A stretch of DNA of 64,000 bases from Parcubacteria group bacterium (GTDB lineage Bacteria > Patescibacteriota > Minisyncoccia > JACPHC01), in NCBI GenBank assembly GCA_016188775.1, contig JACPHC010000006.1, forward strand, positions 618 to 64,617, given 5' to 3'. The notes under the pieces were generated by a model. The model searched no databases, was not told where the DNA came from, and worked only from the letters and a program-made list of their open reading frames with translations. Positions 18,255 through 27,665 of the stretch are shown here, in pieces (position 1 is the first letter of the stretch; each line of letters begins with the position of its first letter). The position numbers and the translations under genes are program-made.

Positions 18255-18389
18255 TTAAACCGTGATATTCCAGCGCCCTTTTTTCTGGCGGCGTTTTAAA
18301 ACTTTTTTACCCCCGGCCCGGCTTTTTCTTTTTAAAAATCCGTGCGTCTTTTTACGTTTTTTCTTTTTAGGCTGATAAGTAATGGACAT
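18255..18389 (-). CDS. rpmH: 50S ribosomal protein L34
   Basis: Hand translation of the minus strand gives MSITYQPKKKKRKKTHGFLKRKSRAGGKKVLKRRQKKGRWNITV. It is absent from the ORF track because it is shorter than 60 aa. Confidence 0.85.
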   Translation of the reverse strand: MSITYQPKKKKRKKTHGFLKRKSRAGGKKVLKRRQKKGRWNITV

Positions 18390-18502
18390 ATTTTAATTAT
18401 TTAATTAAGATTAGCCTAGCATTAAATTCATCAACAATCAATCCACACTTTATTCACTAAATTTATTCTTGACTATATATATTCACAGCTTATTATAAAA
18501 AT

Positions 18503-19891
18503 ATGGGGGACGAAAAAATATTTTCAAAAGAAGAATTATGGCAAGCGGCCCTTGGCGAAATAGAGCTTAATATTTCAAAAGCGAATTTTTTAACTTGGCT
18601 TAAAAATACTTCCATTGATTCCATTAAAGAAGGAGTAGTGGTGATTAGCGTGCCTAATCATTTTTCAAAAGAATGGCTGGAAAATAAATATCATAAATTT
18701 ATTTTCCAAGCTTTAAAAAAATTAATTTCGGAAATCAATAAAATTGATTATATTATCAACGCCAATGCGGAAAATAAAAATACCGCCGCTCCGGAAAAAG
18801 AAAAAACTAAAAAAATCAATGAAACAGCCTTATTAAAAGAGCAACTTAGTCTCGCTGAAATTGAAATCAATCCAGAAACAAATCTTAATCAACGCTATAT
18901 GTTTGATACTTTTATTGTCGGATCTTCCAACGAACTGGCGCACGCGGCGGCCTTAAGCGTGGCTAAAAATCCCGGTCAGACCTACAATCCTTTGTTTATT
19001 TATGGAGGAGTGGGGCTTGGCAAAACTCATCTTTTGCAGGCAATCGGCAATGAAGCCCAAAAAAAAGAGAAATTAAGAGTAAAATACGTCACTTCGGAAA
19101 AATTTACCGAAGAAGTGGTAACCGCTATTCAAAACCACACAATGAATCAATTAAAAAATAACTATCGTAAAACCGATATTTTAATTGTCGATGATATTCA
19201 ATTTTTAGTCGGTAGAGAAAAAACTCAAGAAGAATTTTTTCATCTTTTTAATACTTTATACGAAAAAAATAAACAAATTATTCTTTCCTCGGATCGACCT
19301 CCTAAATCTATTGCCACGCTCGAAGACCGTCTGCGGTCGCGTTTTTCCGGTGGAATGATCGCGGATATCGGATATCCGGATTTTGAAACGCGTCTCGCTA
19401 TTTTAAAAACGAAAGTCGCGGCTCATAATTTTAAAATAAATGAAAATATTTTAATTTATATCGCCAACGCTATTACTCAAAATATTAGAGAAATTGAAGG
19501 CTGCCTAACACGACTAATCGCTTTTACTCGTCTAACTAAAAAAGAACCCACCGAAGAAGAAGCTATTAGAATACTTAATGAAGTGATAAAAACTCCTAAA
19601 AAAATTTTTAACATTAAGCAAATAATAAAAACAGTGGCTAATTTTTATGATATTGAGGAAAAAGATTTAATAGCTAAAAACCGACAAAAAGAAATTGTTA
19701 AACCCCGGCAAGTCGCGATGTATCTTTTAAGAGAAGATTTAAAGTCTTCTTTCCCGTATATCGGAAAAAAATTTGGCAATCGCGATCACACGACAGTTAT
19801 TTACGCTTGCGAAAAAATTAATGATTTAATTAAAACAAATGAAACAATAAAACAGGAAATTGGGATAATTCGCGAACGTTTAAATAACTAG
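18503..19891 (+). CDS. dnaA: Chromosomal replication initiator DnaA
   Basis: AAA+ Walker A GGVGLGKTHLL. The C-terminal DNA-binding domain is present. The gene is divergent from rpmH and upstream of dnaN. Confidence 0.95.
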   Translation: MGDEKIFSKEELWQAALGEIELNISKANFLTWLKNTSIDSIKEGVVVISVPNHFSKEWLENKYHKFIFQALKKLISEINKIDYIINANAENKNTAAPEKEKTKKINETALLKEQLSLAEIEINPETNLNQRYMFDTFIVGSSNELAHAAALSVAKNPGQTYNPLFIYGGVGLGKTHLLQAIGNEAQKKEKLRVKYVTSEKFTEEVVTAIQNHTMNQLKNNYRKTDILIVDDIQFLVGREKTQEEFFHLFNTLYEKNKQIILSSDRPPKSIATLEDRLRSRFSGGMIADIGYPDFETRLAILKTKVAAHNFKINENILIYIANAITQNIREIEGCLTRLIAFTRLTKKEPTEEEAIRILNEVIKTPKKIFNIKQIIKTVANFYDIEEKDLIAKNRQKEIVKPRQVAMYLLREDLKSSFPYIGKKFGNRDHTTVIYACEKINDLIKTNETIKQEIGIIRERLNN

Positions 19892-20099
19892 GAATAAATT
19901 GTGGAAAAAATATTGAATAAATAGTTGAAAATTATTTTTAAAAAATTATTTTTAAAAATATCCACAATTAAAATATATATTATTCACTGAATAACATATT
20001 AAAAATTAGCTAATAAAAAGCATTTTTGGAAAAAAATAAATAAAAAGTCATCTTAATAATAATAAATTTAATTAATAATAATAATAAAATTTAATTATA
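19892..20099. promoter_or_regulatory. Putative oriC segment: an AT-rich dnaA-dnaN intergenic region with DnaA-box-like 9-mers
   Basis: TGTGGAAAA at ~19901 and ATATCCACA at ~19961 are each one mismatch from TTATCCACA. A long AT-rich tract (AATAATAATAAATTTAATTAATAATAATAATAAAATTTAATTATAATGG) precedes dnaN, whose ATG is its final three bases. More boxes (AATCCACAC, ATTCACAG) lie upstream of dnaA at 18440-18480. Confidence 0.45.
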
Positions 20100-21200
20100 A
20101 TGGAAATAATTTGTTTGCGAGAAAATTTATTAAAAGCGATAAATCAAACGGAAAAAATTATTGGAAAAAATTTTTCTCTTCCGATTTTAAATAATCTTTA
20201 TTTTAAAACCGAAAAAGGAAGATTGAAGATTACCGCTACTAATCTCGAAATCGCTATTTCCAGCTGGGTGCCGGGAAAAATAAATGAGGAAGGAGAAACG
20301 ACTATTCCGGCGAAAATTATTTCCGGTATTATTTCCGGTCTGTCCGATGATAAAATAAACCTTAGATTTAAAGATAATTTATTAATAGTTAAAACAGATA
20401 ATTATCAGGCTCAAATTAATACTATTAACCCGAAAGAATTTCCTTTAATTCCTAAAATAAAAAGTGAAAATAAAATAAAAATTAATCAAAAAATTTTAAA
20501 AAAACATCTTTCGCGGGTTATAAAAGTCGTTAGTGAAAGCACTATTAATTCCGTTCTTTCGGGAATTTTAGTGGATAATAAAAAAAAGGAAATTAAATTT
20601 GTGGCTACGGATAGTTTTCGTCTGGCCGTCAGTATTGAAAAAAAAGAGAATGAAAATGAAGAAATTTCTTTCATTATTCCTTTTAGAACCGCGCTGGAAA
20701 TTATTAGATTAAGTTCTGACAAAGATTTTGACGTTGAAATTAATATAGGAGAAAATCAGGCGGTATTTATTTTTGAACAGTCGGAAATTATTTCCAGACT
20801 AATTGAAGGGAAATTTCCCGATTACGAAAAAATAATTCCCAATAATTTTGAAACAAAAATATTTCTTGATAAAAACGATTTTTTAAAAAATATTAAATTA
20901 GTCGGTCTATTTTCCGCCCGTCTTGGTGAAATAAAAATTAATCCTTTAAATGATAAAGAAAATCTAGAAATAAAAGCTGAAGAAAATAATTTAGGAACAA
21001 ATAAATCCGTTATTTCAGCTCAAATTCAAGGAAAAACAGAAGAAGTTGTTTTTAATTATCGTTATCTTTTAGATGGTCTTGATAATTTAGAAGAAAATAA
21101 AATTATTTTTTCTTTAAATGGAAATTCCGGCCCGTCTTATTTGAATTCATTAAATAAAGCCGATTATTTTTATCTTTTGATGCCAATTAGGAATCAATAA
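20100..21200 (+). CDS. dnaN: DNA polymerase III beta sliding clamp
   Basis: 366 aa immediately after dnaA, with a three-domain clamp-like length and pattern. Confidence 0.85.
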   Translation: MEIICLRENLLKAINQTEKIIGKNFSLPILNNLYFKTEKGRLKITATNLEIAISSWVPGKINEEGETTIPAKIISGIISGLSDDKINLRFKDNLLIVKTDNYQAQINTINPKEFPLIPKIKSENKIKINQKILKKHLSRVIKVVSESTINSVLSGILVDNKKKEIKFVATDSFRLAVSIEKKENENEEISFIIPFRTALEIIRLSSDKDFDVEINIGENQAVFIFEQSEIISRLIEGKFPDYEKIIPNNFETKIFLDKNDFLKNIKLVGLFSARLGEIKINPLNDKENLEIKAEENNLGTNKSVISAQIQGKTEEVVFNYRYLLDGLDNLEENKIIFSLNGNSGPSYLNSLNKADYFYLLMPIRNQ

Positions 21201-23691
21201 ATAAAGTTAAAGATGCTTCCGCTTGATTGCCGAATTTATCAAATATTCTGATTTGAATTAAATATTGGCCGGCCGGTCCTTGAAAATTTGCCTGCCAAGG
21301 CGAATTTTTTAATGACTCGAAAATTTCTCCGTTGGCGAAAAAATCAATTTTAGAAATTTCAAATAGAGATTCAACCGCGACCGAGATTGGAATGTTTATT
21401 CCGCCAAAAAAGCGAGAATTTGAAAAAGGAGAAACTGAAATAATTTTAGGCCTATTTTCTTCCGTGTGAATATTATCGAAGTCTTGAGGAGGAAGATTAA
21501 TAATAAATCCTCCTCGAGAAGCCAGCCATTTTTTAATTCCCGCTTCCCAATTCTCAAATTGCGAATCTTGTGATGGATTTTCCTGAACTGGGCCTAAAAT
21601 ATCATCTTTATTTATAAAATAAAGAATTGAATGAGGTTCGTCTTGATAGGCGCGTTCTTCTATAAATTCCGGAGGAGTTAAGGATGTTGCTATAAGTCCG
21701 GAAATAGTATCGATGGATATTTTTTTGATGTTTTGATAGGAGCCGGAAAGAATTGGCTTTTGAATTTCTTTTTCCATTGGCTTAGGTAAAAAAGTGGTTT
21801 GCTTGTCTTTTAAGACTTCTTTTAAAAAATTATGCCAAATTGGAGCGGCGGCCATAGCTCCTCCTCCGCTTTTAACCAAGGGACTGTTGTCATTATTTCC
21901 AACCCAAACTCCGACAACTATTTCCGGCGTGTAGCCGACAGTCCAAGCGTCGCGGTAGTCTTGGGAGGTGCCGGTTTTAGCCGCCACTTGGCGGTCTTCG
22001 AAATAAAGAGGGCTAGCCGGTCCAAAAATAGGCGTTCGGGCGTTGTTGTCGGAAAGGATATCGGAGATGGTTCGAGCAATTTCCGGATCAATTATTTGAA
22101 AAGAATTATTTTTATATTCTTCTATGATATTTCCGTTTTTATCTTCTATTTTTAAAATAGCGGTTTTAGGATGTTTGGAGCCGTCATTGGCAAAAACGCC
22201 GTAAGCGGCCACCAAATCAATCAGTTTTACTTCTCCGCCTCCTAAAACTAAAGATAGGCCGTAGCGGTCCCGATTTTTTAAAGTGGTAATCCCCATATCT
22301 TGAGCCAGATTAATGGTTTTATTAATGCCGGCGATGTAGAGAGTTTTGACCGCTGGAACGTTGATTGATTGAGCTAGGGCTTCTCGGAGAGAAATAGGTC
22401 CCCGATATTTTTCATCGTAATTTTGAGGATGATAACATTTTTCTTGGCTAATTAAAACTCCTTCTTTTGGTTTACCGTCCGAGTCGCAGAGGGGATTAAA
22501 TTCGGTAAAAACATCAAAAAGAGTTGTTTCCGGCCTTAATCCTTTTTTAAAAGCCAGAGTGTAAGCGAACGGCTTGAAGGCCGAACCGGGCTGACGGTTA
22601 GCAGTGGCCACATTAAAATTTCCTTCATTTTTTAAATCAAAATAATCACGAGAGCCGACCATAGCCAAAATTTGGCCGGTTTTTGGATCGATGGCCGTCA
22701 AGGCGGCGTTTTTAGCTTTAAATAATTTTTCGTTCTGAGCCGCCCCTTCTTTGATTGTTTTTTCGGCTATTTTTTGAAGGTCAGTATCAATGGTCGTGTG
22801 AACTTTAAGACCGCCTTGTTCAAGAAAATTTTCGCCGTAACGCTCGGTCAAATAATCGCGCACATACATAATAAAATGAGGGGCCTGAATTTTTTCTCTT
22901 TGAGGCAAAAAATTTATTTTGATCGCGCTGTTTTTTCGGTAATCCTCCTCATTGATATATCCGAATTCTTTCATCCTTTCCAAAATAAATTCCTGCCGAT
23001 TTTTTAGTTCCTTAAAATTAGAGCCGTAAGGCGAATAGTAAGTTGGCGCTTTTGGCAGGCTTGCCAGTAAAGCCGCTTCTGAAACAGAAAGAGATTCGGT
23101 CTTTTTCCCGAAAAAAGTTTCAGCCGCCGCTTCAATGCCGTAGGCGTTGGATCCGTAAGATATTTGATTCAAATAAAGTTCCAGTATTTCTTCTTTGGAA
23201 AAATTTTTTTCAATTTCGTAAGCAAGCATTACTTCTTTGATTTTTCTGGCGATGGTTTTCTGCCGTCCCAAAAAAGCGTTTTTAACCAGTTGCTGGGTGA
23301 TAGTCGATCCTCCCTGGGTAAATTTACCTTCCAAAATATTAACTACTAAAGCCCGCAAAATGGATTTGACGGAAAAACCGGAATGATTCCAGAAATTCGC
23401 GTCTTCGGCGACTACCGTCGCCGCTTTGACATAGGAAGGAATTTCATCCCGCGAAATAACGGTTCGCTTTTCTTCGCCGTGGATTTCATAAAGAATTTGC
23501 TCGCCGGAGCGATCATAAATTTTTGTGGATTCATGAAGCGCTATTTTGCTTATTTGGGTCGGATCGGGAAGATCGCGGCGAAAATACAAAAAGACCCCCG
23601 CCAAGGAGACTGCTGAGGTAAAAATAAAAAACAAAAAGAAAACAAAAATAAATTTTAATATCGATTTCATTGAAAAAATAATTCCCCTCAT
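21187..23691 (-). CDS. Class A penicillin-binding protein (transglycosylase plus transpeptidase, PBP1A-like) with a C-terminal extension
   Basis: TM anchor. The GT51 motifs EDANFWNHSGF and GGSTITQQLVKN are present, as are the TP motifs SAFKP and KTGTS. Confidence 0.85.
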   Translation of the reverse strand: MRGIIFSMKSILKFIFVFFLFFIFTSAVSLAGVFLYFRRDLPDPTQISKIALHESTKIYDRSGEQILYEIHGEEKRTVISRDEIPSYVKAATVVAEDANFWNHSGFSVKSILRALVVNILEGKFTQGGSTITQQLVKNAFLGRQKTIARKIKEVMLAYEIEKNFSKEEILELYLNQISYGSNAYGIEAAAETFFGKKTESLSVSEAALLASLPKAPTYYSPYGSNFKELKNRQEFILERMKEFGYINEEDYRKNSAIKINFLPQREKIQAPHFIMYVRDYLTERYGENFLEQGGLKVHTTIDTDLQKIAEKTIKEGAAQNEKLFKAKNAALTAIDPKTGQILAMVGSRDYFDLKNEGNFNVATANRQPGSAFKPFAYTLAFKKGLRPETTLFDVFTEFNPLCDSDGKPKEGVLISQEKCYHPQNYDEKYRGPISLREALAQSINVPAVKTLYIAGINKTINLAQDMGITTLKNRDRYGLSLVLGGGEVKLIDLVAAYGVFANDGSKHPKTAILKIEDKNGNIIEEYKNNSFQIIDPEIARTISDILSDNNARTPIFGPASPLYFEDRQVAAKTGTSQDYRDAWTVGYTPEIVVGVWVGNNDNSPLVKSGGGAMAAAPIWHNFLKEVLKDKQTTFLPKPMEKEIQKPILSGSYQNIKKISIDTISGLIATSLTPPEFIEERAYQDEPHSILYFINKDDILGPVQENPSQDSQFENWEAGIKKWLASRGGFIINLPPQDFDNIHTEENRPKIISVSPFSNSRFFGGINIPISVAVESLFEISKIDFFANGEIFESLKNSPWQANFQGPAGQYLIQIRIFDKFGNQAEASLTLFIDS

Positions 23692-24037
23692 TTTGCCCTT
23701 TTAAATTTTTTCACCCGCTAAAAATGGGCGGATAAAAATTCTGGGCGCGTCAATGAGGGGAATATCTATATTCTATATCTTAATATCCTTCTTCTTCCTC
23801 TTCTTCTTCAAAATTTTCTTCTGTTTCTTCCGGCGTTTTTTTTTCGTCTATATCGGCGTCAGGGTCCAGTTCGGTTTTATCATCGCTGGGATATCCCGTA
23901 GCGTCGTCGTTTTGAAGACGGTAGCGATTGTAAGAACCTATTGATTCTTCAAGCATTATAAATTAGAGATGACCTCGTTCTTATTTTTTTTAAGACACAT
24001 ATTCGACCTTTGGGTTTTAAAGATTATTTTTAAGATT

Positions 24038-24071
24038 GTCTCAGGGGAGCGGGATTTGAATCCTGCTCCCC
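24038..24071. terminator. Strong hairpin (TCAGGGGAGC..GCTCCCCTGA) downstream of ruvC
   Basis: tcaggggagcgggatttgaatcctgctcccctga. Confidence 0.45.
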
Positions 24072-24242
24072 TGATTATATTTTTATTGTTTTTGTCTTGT
24101 CAAGCCCCGTAGAGCAACTTCGAAAAAATTTCTTGCTGTCGTTATTTTAAATGTTTAAAAAATTATTAAAACTGAATAATTAGAGCAGATTTAATATCTA
24201 AAAGATGAAATTTTAGACAGCATTCGAAGTTGTCTTACGGGG

Positions 24243-24704
24243 TCAAGCCCAAGCCGCGATGGCTATGGCTAAAGCGTCGGCGGCGTCATCCGGCTTTGGG
24301 ATTTTTTTTAAATTCAGTAATTTTTGAACCATAAGGCTAACTTGTTTTTTATCGGCTCGGCCGTAAGAAGTCAAGGATTGCTTGACTTGAATCGGCGTCA
24401 CTTCTTTTATTTTTAAATTCATTTTTTGGGCCAAAAGTAAAATAACTCCTCTGATTTCGGCGATATTCAAAGCGGTTTTTGCGTTTTTGGCAAAAAAAAG
24501 CCGCTCAATGGCCAAAAAATTTGGATTTTGTTTTTGAATAATTTTTGAAAGGGAATCATGGAGAATCATTAGCCGCTCCGATTGCGCGAGCGTTTTGGCG
24601 GTTTCCAAACAGCCATAATCCAGGCAGGAGATTCGACTGTTATTTTTTAATATAATGCCGTATCCCAACCGGGCGATTCCTGGATCAATTCCTAAAATAA
24701 TCAT
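24243..24704 (-). CDS. ruvC: Holliday junction resolvase RuvC
   Basis: MIILGIDPGIARLGYGII... with catalytic Asp/Glu pattern. Confidence 0.85.
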   Translation of the reverse strand: MIILGIDPGIARLGYGIILKNNSRISCLDYGCLETAKTLAQSERLMILHDSLSKIIQKQNPNFLAIERLFFAKNAKTALNIAEIRGVILLLAQKMNLKIKEVTPIQVKQSLTSYGRADKKQVSLMVQKLLNLKKIPKPDDAADALAIAIAAWA

Positions 24705-24744
24705 AAAACTTTTTTACGAAATAATTTTTCGGAATAATAACAAG

Positions 24745-24831
24745 AAGTCATTCTAAAATTTTTTAGGCACCCTCGGCGGATTATATAATTTGATTAAAGA
24801 GCCTCGACCTTAAAAATTTTTAGAATAACTT
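24745..24831 (-). repeat. Family-2 ~86-bp element, with termini AAGTATYCTAAAAATTTTT / AAAAATTTTTAGRATACTT and a core containing TTATATAAT. It lies 40 bp upstream of ruvC in the same orientation
   Basis: The reverse complement aligns with the copies at 38299-38384 and 39737-39822, with a few mismatches. Confidence 0.7.
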
Positions 24832-24934
24832 CTTTAATTATTATAAGCGAAAGAAAGGGGTTTTTGAAAATCGTCTTTAAAAATCCCTTTCGCTTATTTT
24901 AAAAAAATATTTCGCAAGAGGCCTATAATATTAT

Positions 24935-25675
24935 TCAATTTTTTATGTTTGAATATATTTCCTGAACGTCTTCCTGATCGTCTAAGGCTTCAAAAAGCTC
25001 TTCAATTTTCTTTTTTGCCGCCTGATTAGTTATTTGAACGGGATTTTTAGCCACCAAATCAATCGAAGCCGAGATTATTTCAACCCCTTTTTTAATAAGC
25101 CTGTTTTTTATATTTTCAAGATTTTCCGGTTTCGCGTAAACGTCAATTTTTTCTTCGTGCGATTCTAAATCTTCGGCTCCGGCCTCGATAATATCCAATT
25201 CCTTGTTTTCGTCAATTTTATTTTTTTTAATTTCAATAACGGCCCTTTTTTCAAACATCCAGGAAACCGATCCCGGCTCGGCCAACTTGCCTTCGTATTG
25301 GGAAAGAATGTGTTTGATTTCTGCCACGGTTCTATTGCGGTTATCCGTGATCGCTTCCAGCATTAGAGCCGTTCCTCCCGGTCCGTAAGCTTCATAGATT
25401 ACTTCTTCAAAATTAGACGTTTCTTTTTCGCCCACTCCCTGCCTTGTCGGCAGGGAGGCTTTTTTAATCGCCCGGTCAATCGAATCATTGGGCATATTGA
25501 AGGTTTTGGCTTTTTCAATCGCCAATTTCAGCTGATAGTTAATGTTTGGGTTATCTCCTTTTTCTTTGACCGCCAGAATGATGTTTTTTGAAAGTTTGGA
25601 AAATAGCTGACCTCTTTTTTGATCAGCTATGCCTTTTTTATGTTTAATTTGAGACCACTTAGAATGCCCGGACAT
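24935..25675 (-). CDS. YebC/PmpR-family probable transcriptional regulatory protein
   Basis: MSGHSKWSQIKHKKG... is the canonical N-terminus. The gene is linked to ruvC as in many bacteria. Confidence 0.85.
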   Translation of the reverse strand: MSGHSKWSQIKHKKGIADQKRGQLFSKLSKNIILAVKEKGDNPNINYQLKLAIEKAKTFNMPNDSIDRAIKKASLPTRQGVGEKETSNFEEVIYEAYGPGGTALMLEAITDNRNRTVAEIKHILSQYEGKLAEPGSVSWMFEKRAVIEIKKNKIDENKELDIIEAGAEDLESHEEKIDVYAKPENLENIKNRLIKKGVEIISASIDLVAKNPVQITNQAAKKKIEELFEALDDQEDVQEIYSNIKN

Positions 25676-25678
25676 TTT

Positions 25679-26191
25679 TTAGTGTTTAGTTTTTAGCGCC
25701 TCTTCCCACCAATAATTGATAATTTTTTTGACTTCATTTGGATGAGGAATTGAATTGAAAATAAAAGGCTCTTTTTCAGCGGCAGTATAAATTTTTAAAT
25801 CGCCAAAGTCAAGCCAGGTGGCGATAAAACCGTTAATCTCGATATTGATATTCTGAATAGTTGAAAGGCGAAATTCGTGAGTTTCTTGATTAAAATATCC
25901 TTTTTGCTCAACTTCTAAAATTCTTTCATTAGTAAGAACCAGGTAATCTAAAAGATAATCAAAGATAATAAAAAAAGCTGTTCCAATCAAAAAAAGAGCA
26001 TAAAGAGATGAAGACAAGAAAAAAAATTTGAGAAATATCCCCCCTGTTTCAAGAGGAAGGGATTTAATTATCAGCCAGATAAAAATCGGCATAAAAATTA
26101 AAACAACTAAAACGGCCAGTTTTGCGTATATCGTGAAATAATGCCGTCTGGAGATCAAAAGTATTTTTTCATCGGAAGGAATATCTATCAT
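25679..26191 (-). CDS. Membrane protein with two N-terminal TM helices and a C-terminal PH-like domain, function unknown
   Basis: 170 aa. Confidence 0.4.
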   Translation of the reverse strand: MIDIPSDEKILLISRRHYFTIYAKLAVLVVLIFMPIFIWLIIKSLPLETGGIFLKFFFLSSSLYALFLIGTAFFIIFDYLLDYLVLTNERILEVEQKGYFNQETHEFRLSTIQNINIEINGFIATWLDFGDLKIYTAAEKEPFIFNSIPHPNEVKKIINYWWEEALKTKH

Positions 26192-26236
26192 AAAAAATTT
26201 TAATTTTCAATTTCTAATTTCTAAATAGTTTTAAAA

Positions 26237-26449
26237 TTACGCGTTGAAAATTTCACTCCAAGGGATATTTAAAAAAGCAAAAATTGATATCAAGATAGAG
26301 ACAATAGAGATAATTGAGAAAATAAAAATTACTTTATTGACGATGGAATCGCCTTTGACGGCGAATTTTTTTAAATGCCAGACATTAAGAGAGAAAAAAA
26401 CCGCGTAAATTCCGAGAATAAAAATATAGATTAAAAGTGGCAGCAGCAT
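26237..26449 (-). CDS. Small hydrophobic protein, 70 aa
   Basis: Two TM helices. It lies between ruvB and the 170-aa membrane protein. Confidence 0.3.
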   Translation of the reverse strand: MLLPLLIYIFILGIYAVFFSLNVWHLKKFAVKGDSIVNKVIFIFSIISIVSILISIFAFLNIPWSEIFNA

Positions 26450-26454
26450 ATTTA

Positions 26455-27492
26455 TTACAGCAATTTATTTTGTCTTTCTTGATCAGTGAGAGAATTTAGT
26501 CCCAGATGTTTGTAGGCCATTGTGGTAGCTAATCGGCCCTTGGGAGTTCTTTCAATAAAACCGCGCTGAAGTAAAAAAGGTTCGTAGATATCGGCGATCG
26601 TGTCTTCTTCTTCAGCCGTGGCCGCGGCCAGGGCTCTTAAGCCGACCGGCCCGCCTTTGAAACGGTGAATTATAGTTTCCAAAAGTTTTCGGTCCGTCGG
26701 CTCAAGCCCTTTTTCGTCAATTTCCAGCATTTTTAAGGCTTCTTGAGCGACGTTTTCATCAATAATATTTAAATTTTTTACTTGCGCGAAATCGCGAGAT
26801 CGTTTGAGCAGGCGGTTGGCGGTTCTGGGGGTGGCGCGGCTGGATTTGGCAATGATATTCTTCGCTTCTTTTGAGACATTGACGTTTAAAATTTTAGCCG
26901 ATCGGGCGATAATATTTTCAATATCTTCTATTTCATAAAAACCAAGGCGAAAAGTGACGCCGAAGCGCGATCTTAAAGGGCCGGATAAAAGATCGATTCG
27001 GGTCGTTGCCGCCACTAATGTAAAAGGAGGAAGGTCGAGTTGGATACTTCGGGCGCCCGGGCCTTTGCCGATAATGATATTTAAATGACGGCTTTCCATG
27101 GCCGGATAAAGAATTTCTTCAACCAGTTTATTTAAACGATGAGCCTCGTCAATAAAAAGAATTTCATTGGGTTCCAGATTGGTTAAAATAGCGGCCAGAT
27201 CCCCGCCGCGTTCAATAGCCGGACCGGAAGTCACTCGGCAGAGAGCGGACATTTCTTTGGCGATTAAATGAGCCAAAGTTGTTTTGCCCAACCCGGGCGG
27301 GCCGTATAAAAGCACGTGCTCAATGGTTTCATTCCTTTTTTTGGCCGCCTCGGTCAGAATTTTGACGTTTTCTTTTATTTTTTTTTGGCCAATAAAATCG
27401 TTCCAGCTTTTGGGCCGTAAAGCCAGATCTATTTCTTTATCTTTAACCTCTTTTTCTTTAGGTCTTGACAAATCTTCGTCTTTCATATACAA
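26455..27492 (-). CDS. ruvB: Holliday junction branch-migration helicase RuvB
   Basis: AAA+ Walker [15 protein letters not shown], Walker [11 protein letters not shown], plus a winged-helix C-terminus. Confidence 0.95.
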   Translation of the reverse strand: MYMKDEDLSRPKEKEVKDKEIDLALRPKSWNDFIGQKKIKENVKILTEAAKKRNETIEHVLLYGPPGLGKTTLAHLIAKEMSALCRVTSGPAIERGGDLAAILTNLEPNEILFIDEAHRLNKLVEEILYPAMESRHLNIIIGKGPGARSIQLDLPPFTLVAATTRIDLLSGPLRSRFGVTFRLGFYEIEDIENIIARSAKILNVNVSKEAKNIIAKSSRATPRTANRLLKRSRDFAQVKNLNIIDENVAQEALKMLEIDEKGLEPTDRKLLETIIHRFKGGPVGLRALAAATAEEEDTIADIYEPFLLQRGFIERTPKGRLATTMAYKHLGLNSLTDQERQNKLL

Positions 27493-27665
27493 TATATAAG
27501 CATCAATTATGCTCTCATCAACCTCTAGGCAATTAAGGCATTACCATGACTTAAAGGGATTTTTCTTAGTTTTGGGTAATTGGGCCGCGGCGCGATTATT
27601 CCTCGGGAAAATCTTTAACTCCGAGAGACTTCGGAGTCTTGCCTAGAGATTGATGGGATCATAAT

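Noticed and set aside
21832-23616. Several 60-110-aa ORFs antisense to PBP1A, and similar antisense ORFs within copA, polA, pilB and uvrB
   Set aside because: They lie fully inside well-supported long genes on the opposite strand, with no RBS or conservation signal. They are typical spurious ORFs.
23779-23956. Minus-strand acidic small ORF (…DDATGYPSDDKTELDPDADIDEKKTPEETEENFEEEEEEEGY)
   Set aside because: The open frame has no in-frame ATG, only a possible TTG, and no obvious RBS. It may be real but is unsupported.
27500-27665. 165-bp ruvB/pilB intergenic region as an ncRNA
   Set aside because: Only a modest terminator-like hairpin (ACTCCGA..TCGGAGT) was seen. It is more simply explained as the pilB terminator plus the ruvB promoter.
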